DNA of 32,000 nt from an uncultured Balneola sp. GTDB lineage: Bacteria; Bacteroidota; Rhodothermia; Balneolales; Balneolaceae. Numbering within the stretch: position 1 is the first letter of the stretch; the number at the start of each line of letters is the position of its first letter. Under the pieces are notes generated by a model. The model searched no databases and was not told the origin of the DNA. It saw nothing but the letters and a program-made list of their open reading frames with translations. This document shows positions 10,977 through 17,861 of the stretch, in pieces. The position numbers and the translations under genes are program-made. The stretch lies in NCBI GenBank assembly GCA_902529115.1, contig CABZVB010000003.1:111680-143679 (forward strand). Reading direction: 5' to 3'.

Positions 10977-11855
10977 ATGAAGTACAATAAATCATTTGAA
11001 TTAGACGACATCAAAAAAATTATAAAAGACGCTGATGCACAAATAAGGTTAGAAGATGCTTTCAAGTCACAAGCAAATGAAATTGCTTCACTAAAACATC
11101 AATTGGATCTGTTAGAAAGCGCGATTCGAAACGATTATGATTCCATCATTATCACTGAGCTCAGTTTAGAGAAACCAGGACCTAAAATTGTTTACGTAAA
11201 TGACGGCTTCACCCGTATGACTGGGTACACAAAACAAGAAGTACTAGGAAAAACACCTCGTATACTCCAAGGAGAAAAAACAGACCGATCCATATTAGAA
11301 AGATTAAAAAGACGATTAATTGAAGGTCAAGCTTTTTTTGGTCATACCATTAATTATCGTAAAGACGGTTCAGAGTTTATTAACCAGTGGGATATTCATC
11401 CCTTGATGAATGCTCAAGGAGAGGTTACTCATTGGGTATCGTATCAGCGAGATGTTACAGAGAAAAAAGAAACAGCAAAGGCTATTTTTAATACTGATTT
11501 TGGTACACTACTTAAGCAACGAGAAGAGTTTATTCTTAAATTTTCTAAAGATGAATTAGGCTTTAATTGCAAATATATAAATGAAGCCTTCGAAGAAGTC
11601 ACAGGATGTAGCTCTGATGATATTTTTGAAAAAGGATTAGCTAGTGTTATACATCCAGACGATGTAGCCATGATACAGAATGCTCTAGGTAATGCGTTTG
11701 AAGGGAAAACAGTTTCTGAATTACTTCGATACAAAATTCCCAATTCTACTGAGTATCAAACGATATATCAGTCATTCAGTCCTGTAAAAGACGATACCAA
11801 TAACAAGATTTCAACAGTAAAATCCGTCGGTAAGCTAGAGTTGAAAGAGATTTAA
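10977..11855 (+). CDS. Coiled-coil plus tandem PAS protein with no recognisable output domain; the first PAS is LOV-like but lacks the adduct-forming Cys
   Basis: IVYVNDGFTRMTGYTKQEVLGKTPRILQGEKTD...INYRKDGSEFIN...SYQRDVTEKK aligns colinearly with the LOV consensus (GxNCRFLQG), with NC replaced by TP. The second PAS is around aa 185-290. Confidence 0.8.
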   Translation: MKYNKSFELDDIKKIIKDADAQIRLEDAFKSQANEIASLKHQLDLLESAIRNDYDSIIITELSLEKPGPKIVYVNDGFTRMTGYTKQEVLGKTPRILQGEKTDRSILERLKRRLIEGQAFFGHTINYRKDGSEFINQWDIHPLMNAQGEVTHWVSYQRDVTEKKETAKAIFNTDFGTLLKQREEFILKFSKDELGFNCKYINEAFEEVTGCSSDDIFEKGLASVIHPDDVAMIQNALGNAFEGKTVSELLRYKIPNSTEYQTIYQSFSPVKDDTNNKISTVKSVGKLELKEI

Positions 11856-11863
11856 GCGTACAT

Positions 11864-12292
11864 ATGTCGCAACCAAAGGCAAGTATTGAAGACGTCCAAA
11901 ATAGAATTGTCAGAGAATTCAATTTGCTTGAAGATTGGACTGAGCGCTATAAGTATATAATTAAACTTGGTACTAAGCTACCCCAACTCGATAGCTCCAA
12001 AAAGATAGAACACAACATAGTCAAGGGTTGCCAAAGTCAAGTATGGCTACACGCTGAATTCAGTGAAGGTAAAATCATTTTTGAGGCTGATAGTGATGCC
12101 GCTATCACAAAGGGACTGGTAGCATTGATGGTTCACCTATATAGCCATCAGTCTCCAAATGCCATTCTTGCAACAGAGCCCACCTTCATAACTGAGATTG
12201 GGATGAATGAACATCTTTCTCCTACAAGAGCTAATGGTTTGGCTTCTATGGTTAAGCAGATGAAAATTTACGCTCTAGCTTTTTCTTCTTAA
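11864..12292 (+). CDS. sufE: Cysteine desulfuration protein SufE/CsdE family
   Basis: 142 aa with the VKGCQSQVWL active-site motif typical of SufE. Confidence 0.85.
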   Translation: MSQPKASIEDVQNRIVREFNLLEDWTERYKYIIKLGTKLPQLDSSKKIEHNIVKGCQSQVWLHAEFSEGKIIFEADSDAAITKGLVALMVHLYSHQSPNAILATEPTFITEIGMNEHLSPTRANGLASMVKQMKIYALAFSS

Positions 12293-12418
12293 TGAAATCA
12301 TGAAATCCCATTGGGTGCATACATAACCTGAGTGCCTTTACATAGTCTATAGTGTGGATAAGTAGATAAAAAATGACACTTTGTGAGATTTATTCTCGTC
12401 TAAGTATCTAAACATCAA

Positions 12419-12426
12419 TAATTTTG
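12419..12426 (+). promoter_or_regulatory. Candidate -7 promoter box (TAATTTTG) for the 12568-17845 cluster
   Basis: Exact TAnnTTTG match in the 275-nt intergenic region upstream of 12568. There is no convincing -33 element, so this is motif evidence only. Confidence 0.25.
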
Positions 12427-12567
12427 AAGATTATTGTCATTAAATCAATATTCTACTTATTTTAGTCTAATATGTGGAAAACTCGAAAAATTTTCGCATA
12501 CTTAGCAATGCAGATATCATCATCTATACTTAGGCTTAAATAAATTACCTTCTGCGGGGGTTAAATC

Positions 12568-14502
12568 ATGGCAGGATACTTTAAATTTCTTGCTCTTACG
12601 GGCATTATTGCGCTTCAGAGTATTATTGTAACAGGGCAAATTGTGCCTGCACAGACTTTGTCTGCAGATGCCCAAGAAGAAACTGCTAAATATGAACGTT
12701 ATTATGAAATAATTTTAGATAATGCACTCTCAGATTATTATCGAGAAGGTACATTCATTGTAGATGTTAAGGCAACACTGGAGCGAATTTTAATCCCTAA
12801 AGGATATGAAGTTATACAGCCACAAGAAGACATTAAAATTGAAAATTTACCAGGATTACCTTTCATCCCACCAAATATACAAAAGAATAGGTCATCTAGT
12901 CAGGATAGTTTAAAAGCTTCAGGGTTTGATGCTCGCTTCCAGCTAACTAGACTCAATATAAAAGTACTCGTCGATACTTCTTACAGTGATGAGGATGTAG
13001 ATTTTGTGGAAGAAGCCGTTATATTGATTGCAAATGCCGATGAATTTCGTGGAGACATCATATCAGTTAGCAAAAAGGTATTTCCGCGCAACAACCGAGC
13101 CATTGCACAAGATATTAAAAAACCTACTGCACCAAATCCCGCGGCGTTGCTAGATAGAAACAATGAAATTAGTGATATTGAAGAAGAGCAAGAAGAGGAT
13201 AATGAAAGAGAAGAGGTTATCGAGAATAGTATGTTCCCACTTTCGCCAGACACAATAATACAAACAGTAGTTGCAGAAAGAGAAAAAAAGATGTTTTTAG
13301 GAATTGATTGGAATAATCCTGAGCAACTAATATTTATAATTATTGCATTAGGAATCTTATTCTTATTGGCATTATTTATGGCAATTTCCAGAAAAACCAA
13401 AGCCAAAGATGAAGAACAAATTATGCAGGATATGGGACAAACTACACCTGTATTACAAAATCCTCAAACTATCAACACAGAAGTAAAAACACCAGAACCT
13501 CAAACGGGGCCTACCGTAAGAGAAATGGCAAAATTCGAAGGAGACAAAACCTTCATTGCAAATATGTGTATTAGTAAACCAAAAATCGTTGCAGATATAA
13601 TAAGCGAATGGATTGAAAATGATGAAGAACAGGGTGTATCGAAGGCGGTAAAAAGCCTTATAAGTGTAGATGACAAGCTGTTGACTATTTTAAAGCCTCA
13701 TATAAGTTCCAATACTTTTGAGATGATTAATTTTGGTATTAATAATTTTGACGCCCTCACATTGGAAGAAAGGATAAGTGAAACAGAAAATTTCCGAAGC
13801 AGTATTACGACTTATAAAGCGTCTACAGATGCTGAAGGATCGCAAAACAGCCTATTCGACTTTGTAGATCAGTTGACGGATCAACAAATTCTGCACTTAA
13901 TGAAAGATGAGTCTGAGGAAATGATTTCAATCTTATTAGCACAGGTTGCGGGTGAAAGAGCTGGAGTTGTTTTACAAAAAATGGATGATGATAAGCGTAT
14001 ATCAGTCCTTCTCAAGATGGGCAAAATTAACAATATACCCATCTCAGTTTATAAAAAAGTTGCTTCTCATTTTTCTAACAAAGCATTAGAAATCTCTGAC
14101 ATGAAATATGTTGCAGCAGATGGTGTAGAAACTATATTAAATACAATTGAAACTATGCCACTATCTGAACAAGATGCATATGTTGCTTCAATTGCAGAAC
14201 AAGATTTAGAATTAGCTAAAAAAATTAAAAAGTTTTTTATCGGATTTGATGATTTACCTAAAGTAAAAATTGAATTAATAAAATCAGCACTTGACGAAAT
14301 ACCCTCTGAAACACTTATTTTAGCCCTACGTACTGCTCCTGCAGCAGTTCGAGAGAAAGTTTTAAAATCTCGAACCAAACGAGATCAACAACTCATACTC
14401 AGTGAAATAGAAATGCCTTCTGAAGCAACTAATTCAGAAGTTGAAGATGCCCAAAAAACTATTCTTTACGCAGTACGTCGAAAAATGAAAACAGAAGCAT
14501 AG
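12568..14502 (+). CDS. Bitopic/biTM membrane protein: N-terminal hydrophobic segment, ~225-aa periplasmic domain, TM helix, then a ~320-aa FliG-like cytoplasmic module (FliF-FliG-fusion-like architecture)
   Basis: aa 5-25 is hydrophobic and aa 254-273 (LIFIIIALGILFLLALFMAI) is a TM helix followed by SRKTKAK. aa 428-644 is colinear with the FliG middle and C domains: FDFV..L.DQQIL, ISILLAQVAGERAGVVLQKM, DGVETILNTI, EQDLELAKKIKKFFIGFDDL, LILALRTA, and SEVEDAQKTILYAVRRKM at the C-terminus. The periplasmic stretch LNIKVLVDTSY..VDFVEEAVILIAN..FRGDIISVSKKVF resembles the C-terminal ring-building motif of FliF/YscJ (RGDxxxV....F). Confidence 0.65.
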   Translation: MAGYFKFLALTGIIALQSIIVTGQIVPAQTLSADAQEETAKYERYYEIILDNALSDYYREGTFIVDVKATLERILIPKGYEVIQPQEDIKIENLPGLPFIPPNIQKNRSSSQDSLKASGFDARFQLTRLNIKVLVDTSYSDEDVDFVEEAVILIANADEFRGDIISVSKKVFPRNNRAIAQDIKKPTAPNPAALLDRNNEISDIEEEQEEDNEREEVIENSMFPLSPDTIIQTVVAEREKKMFLGIDWNNPEQLIFIIIALGILFLLALFMAISRKTKAKDEEQIMQDMGQTTPVLQNPQTINTEVKTPEPQTGPTVREMAKFEGDKTFIANMCISKPKIVADIISEWIENDEEQGVSKAVKSLISVDDKLLTILKPHISSNTFEMINFGINNFDALTLEERISETENFRSSITTYKASTDAEGSQNSLFDFVDQLTDQQILHLMKDESEEMISILLAQVAGERAGVVLQKMDDDKRISVLLKMGKINNIPISVYKKVASHFSNKALEISDMKYVAADGVETILNTIETMPLSEQDAYVASIAEQDLELAKKIKKFFIGFDDLPKVKIELIKSALDEIPSETLILALRTAPAAVREKVLKSRTKRDQQLILSEIEMPSEATNSEVEDAQKTILYAVRRKMKTEA

Positions 14503-14505
14503 ATA

Positions 14506-15702
14506 ATGAAAAAATTATTCATTCTACTTATCGTTTTCATTCTTGTAGTTCTGACTAATTCTTACTATGTCTCTGCTCAAATTTTTAATCATGAACAAGG
14601 TGATCCATACATGATTGAAAAAATCCAAGAACAGTTAAATCCAAATTTAGCTGATTTCCCTGCTACAGTGCGTCGTATAGCTATTTATAAAATAAATTAT
14701 TCAGCACTTAGATTCACAAATGAAGAAGTAGAATACATACGTGCAGAGATCGAATATTCTATGCGCAATTATGCTGGGCTTACTGTATTATCACCTCCAG
14801 AATTAGAACCAAACGATAAACTTAAGATTGTAGGGAACGATTCTACTCTACAAATTCTAAATATGCAAGGACGTTCCCTAGCAGATGTATCCCCAGAGAT
14901 GCTAGAAGAAATTGCCTATAAATACGGTGTCCAAGGTCTTGTTGAGTTAAGTTTACAACGAAGGGAACCTGAAGGACTAGTTATTAGTATCCGTGTAATG
15001 AATCCTCAATCACGCGAAGTAGTTTGGAGTAATTCGTTTATTTCAAACCCTCCAATAGTTTTACCTACTTTAAATCAAGGAACACAAAAACTAGTTACTT
15101 TTGGCATTAGTACTAAATCCTCTGATAGTTGGTACCGGAATAAATACGCAACATCCACAACAAGTAACGACACTACTGGTGCTGGTGCTGGTGCTGGTGC
15201 TGGTGCTGGTGCTGGTGCTGGCACTGATTCCACAGCGAACTCATTCTCACATCAAGCTGATACTCTGTTAAGACAACCTCTTACTGATTTCAGTGTAACA
15301 TTTACCTACAGACAGCCTTTAGATTTAGAAAATAGTTCTTATATTGGTTTTAGTGCTGGTTATCACATAGTTAGATCTCGAGATAGAGAACAAACATTAT
15401 TCGATATTTCACTATTCGAATTGGGATTAATCTATTATCAAGCTATATCAGAAAAAGTCCCAGATATAGACGAATATCGTGTAGTATTCTATTCCAAATT
15501 AAATACGCAATTCCCTCTTGGAAACAAAGAAGGTGAAATGTTTGTGTTAGAACCTGGACTGCAATTTAATTTAAGTAAAAATATTGGATTGTCTGTTTTT
15601 GGTAATCTCATGCTTGCTGGCGAAACTATAAAATTAGCAAACAAAGACCGTTTAACTTATAAACAAACTGGATTTGGATTTCATGCAGTTATTCGATTCT
15701 AA
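14506..15702 (+). CDS. Outer-membrane protein: signal peptide, periplasmic alpha/beta domain, low-complexity Thr/Ser/(Gly-Ala)7 linker, C-terminal beta-barrel
   Basis: Signal peptide MKKLFILLIVFILVVLTNSYYVSA|Q. The C-terminal third has alternating hydrophobic strands and ends in ...GFGFHAVIRF, an OMP beta-signal with terminal Phe. There is a 3-nt gap from the upstream gene. Confidence 0.6.
   Translation: MKKLFILLIVFILVVLTNSYYVSAQIFNHEQGDPYMIEKIQEQLNPNLADFPATVRRIAIYKINYSALRFTNEEVEYIRAEIEYSMRNYAGLTVLSPPELEPNDKLKIVGNDSTLQILNMQGRSLADVSPEMLEEIAYKYGVQGLVELSLQRREPEGLVISIRVMNPQSREVVWSNSFISNPPIVLPTLNQGTQKLVTFGISTKSSDSWYRNKYATSTTSNDTTGAGAGAGAGAGAGAGTDSTANSFSHQADTLLRQPLTDFSVTFTYRQPLDLENSSYIGFSAGYHIVRSRDREQTLFDISLFELGLIYYQAISEKVPDIDEYRVVFYSKLNTQFPLGNKEGEMFVLEPGLQFNLSKNIGLSVFGNLMLAGETIKLANKDRLTYKQTGFGFHAVIRF
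15178..15222 (+). repeat. In-frame hexanucleotide microsatellite (GGTGCT)x7 + GGC encoding (Gly-Ala)7-Gly
   Basis: Read directly from the sequence. Seven perfect GGTGCT units lie in frame with the 14506 ORF. Confidence 0.95.
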
Positions 15703-15715
15703 TAGCCTATTTTTC

Positions 15716-16324
15716 ATGAGAAAAGAATTCACAATAATAATTGTGCTTTTTATCGTTATGCATATTGGATGTGCAACACCGCAGTCTATATCAAATAGTT
15801 CAAATAGTCAGCCTACAAATCCGAATTCAAGAGCACTATCAAATTCACCTCGTATAACCAATTCTACTGATTCAGATAATTCACCTTCCAAAGAGGTTAT
15901 TACTGTTAATTATTTAAATGAAAGTTCAAATATTCAGATTAAACTAGACCCGTCCAAAGAGCAGTTTTATTTAGATTTAAGAGGCATGCGACCAGTCGAT
16001 AAAGATTCCATCATAGTAATCGATTCTAGTCTTGTACAAAATAGAGCTAGGGATATACAGTCTCTACTTACTAACTTTCGAAAAGCTCAAGATTTATTCT
16101 ATTTGGGAGAATATCGGCAGTCATTAGAATTTGTTGACAAAACCCTTGAGATACAAGAGACCGCAGACGCCTACGCCCTAAAAGGAACTGTTTTTTTTAT
16201 GCTAGAAAATATTACGGCAGCCCGCGCTAATTGGAATCGAGCAGTCCAAATGGATCCAAATATTCCAATTCCTAGTATCCCTGAATTAGAAACTTTAATA
16301 CAAGAGATCCGTGGAGGACAGTAA
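15716..16324 (+). CDS. TPR-repeat lipoprotein (ATG at 15716 preferred; the ORF-track start at 15674 is a TTG overlapping the upstream gene)
   Basis: MRKEFTIIIVLFIVMHIGC is a lipoprotein signal with lipobox Cys, followed by a Ser/Asn/Pro-rich linker. The C-terminal part is TPR-like (AQDLFYLGEYRQSLEFVDKTLEI...AYALKGTVFFMLENITAARANWNRAVQMDPN). Confidence 0.65.
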   Translation: MRKEFTIIIVLFIVMHIGCATPQSISNSSNSQPTNPNSRALSNSPRITNSTDSDNSPSKEVITVNYLNESSNIQIKLDPSKEQFYLDLRGMRPVDKDSIIVIDSSLVQNRARDIQSLLTNFRKAQDLFYLGEYRQSLEFVDKTLEIQETADAYALKGTVFFMLENITAARANWNRAVQMDPNIPIPSIPELETLIQEIRGGQ

Positions 16325-16327
16325 CAG

Positions 16328-17146
16328 ATGAAATTTTCAATTGGTTCAATGATCGGTACAGTCATTAGTTTAGCAATGATAATTTTTGGTGTATTGGAGA
16401 CAATCAAAAGAACGACATTTACTGATGGCATTAACACCCAATTTATGAATATACCTAGTATGGTCATTGTTGTAGGTGGGGTTCTTATGGCCTCTTATAT
16501 AACGTTTCAATCAAGGTACGTAAACAAAGCTTTAGCTGGGGTGAGATATTTTTTTAGTCAAGCAGGTGCAAACAAAAAATCTCTCCAAAAAGACTTTGAA
16601 TCAATTGTTGAATGGAATGACGAAATCAGAAAAGATAGAGTTAATGCATTAGATAGATTAGAAGAAGAACGAGGTGGGTACTTAGAAGGATATCTTTTTT
16701 CTCTTTTAAGTACCAATTATTCAAGTGACGACATTCGTCAATTCGGGACTAATCATATCCAAGAAAACTTTTTTAGGCAAATGGTTGTTGTTGATGTTCT
16801 TCGTGCGATGGGTGGAGCAGCTCCTGCCTTTGGTATGTTTGGTACATTATTTGGGCTAATTGATATGCTAAGTAATTTGGACGACCCTTCTGCCATGGGG
16901 CCTGGACTCGCAGCTGCTTTAATGACTACATTATATGGAATTATACTCTCGCGTTTCATTTTTTATCCTGTTGCTGAAAAAATTAAAAATTCAGCCTCTA
17001 TAAATCGTTTCCGAGAGACTTTCATGCTCGAAGGAATCATCTTAATTAATGAGAAGAAAACAGCATTTTATGTTCAGGATAAACTTAGCACTTTTTTACA
17101 GCGTGACTTCAAGAAGAAAGATGGTAAAGGTAAAGATAAAGACTAA
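16328..17146 (+). CDS. MotA/PomA-family ion-channel stator subunit (4 TM)
   Basis: TM1 is at aa 7-23 and TM2 at 42-60, followed by a ~100-aa cytoplasmic loop. TM3/TM4 contain GGAAPAFGMFGTLFGLIDML and GPGLAAALMTTLYGIILSRFIFYPVAEKI, the MotA_ExbB core with both conserved prolines. There is a 3-nt gap from the upstream gene. Confidence 0.85.
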   Translation: MKFSIGSMIGTVISLAMIIFGVLETIKRTTFTDGINTQFMNIPSMVIVVGGVLMASYITFQSRYVNKALAGVRYFFSQAGANKKSLQKDFESIVEWNDEIRKDRVNALDRLEEERGGYLEGYLFSLLSTNYSSDDIRQFGTNHIQENFFRQMVVVDVLRAMGGAAPAFGMFGTLFGLIDMLSNLDDPSAMGPGLAAALMTTLYGIILSRFIFYPVAEKIKNSASINRFRETFMLEGIILINEKKTAFYVQDKLSTFLQRDFKKKDGKGKDKD

Positions 17147-17182
17147 ATATCCTTGTAGGATAACAATTTAAATAAGTTTGTT

Positions 17183-17845
17183 ATGAGTGCTAATGAAATT
17201 GAAGAAGCAGAAGAAGATCTTGAATATCTTCTTACATACAGTGATATGATCACTTTGCTGCTTGCATTTTTTGCCATTCTAATTGCTTCAAGTACCCCTG
17301 ATCAAGCTCTTTGGGACCAAATGAAAGAAGGTATGCGATCAGAAGTAACAGGTACTGAAATACAAAAAACACCATTAGCAGAAATTAAAGCTGATCTTGA
17401 TTCTGTCTTAACTCCTGAACGTAATCAAGGCTTAGTTAACATTGATTTGACTACCAAAGAAATTGTGATGACATTTAATAGTAGTTCACTTTATATCTCA
17501 GGTGGTGCTGAACTATTACCCTCAGGTGAGGGTATTATTCGTAAAGTATCTGACGCTCTAAATGGATTATCATTCTACAATTTTAAAGTAGATATCGAAG
17601 GGCATACAGATAATGTTCCCATAAATACTCTAAGATTCCCTTCTAACTGGGAACTTTCTGTTGCTAGAGCCTCTGAAGTAGTTAAATTTCTAGTTAACCA
17701 AGGATACAAAGCTTCCAATCTCAAAGCATCAGGATATGCAGATACACAACCCTTACCTACTGCACCCCATACTGACGAATTTGGACAAGATATCGTAGAA
17801 AATCGCGCAAAAAATAGACGAATCGTACTTCGAATTTTTTATTAA
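17183..17845 (+). CDS. MotB/PomB-family stator subunit with OmpA-like peptidoglycan-binding domain
   Basis: LLTYSDMITLLLAFFAILI is the MotB TM helix with the conserved protonatable Asp. The C-terminus GHTDNVPI...SNWELSVARASEVVKFL...NRAKNRRIVLRI is OmpA_C-like. Confidence 0.85.
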   Translation: MSANEIEEAEEDLEYLLTYSDMITLLLAFFAILIASSTPDQALWDQMKEGMRSEVTGTEIQKTPLAEIKADLDSVLTPERNQGLVNIDLTTKEIVMTFNSSSLYISGGAELLPSGEGIIRKVSDALNGLSFYNFKVDIEGHTDNVPINTLRFPSNWELSVARASEVVKFLVNQGYKASNLKASGYADTQPLPTAPHTDEFGQDIVENRAKNRRIVLRIFY

Positions 17846-17861
17846 ACTGCTTTTTTATTTA

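Noticed and set aside
16328-17845. MotA/MotB pair as a Zorya (ZorAB) anti-phage system.
   Set aside because: The MotA-like protein is only 272 aa, with a short tail instead of the long ZorA C-terminal extension. No ZorC/D/E-type helicase or nuclease genes are adjacent. The neighbours are a FliG-like protein, an OM barrel and a TPR lipoprotein.
12568-17845. The cluster as a divergent Tol-Pal or ExbBD-TonB system (TolQ/R, TolA, TolB, Pal and YbgF analogues).
   Set aside because: The channel subunit has four TM helices with a large TM2-TM3 loop, as in MotA. The partner carries its own OmpA domain, as in MotB. The large membrane protein ends in a FliG-like rather than a TolA/TonB-like domain. 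An envelope-energising role analogous to Tol-Pal cannot be excluded functionally, so it stays as an alternative in the main finding.
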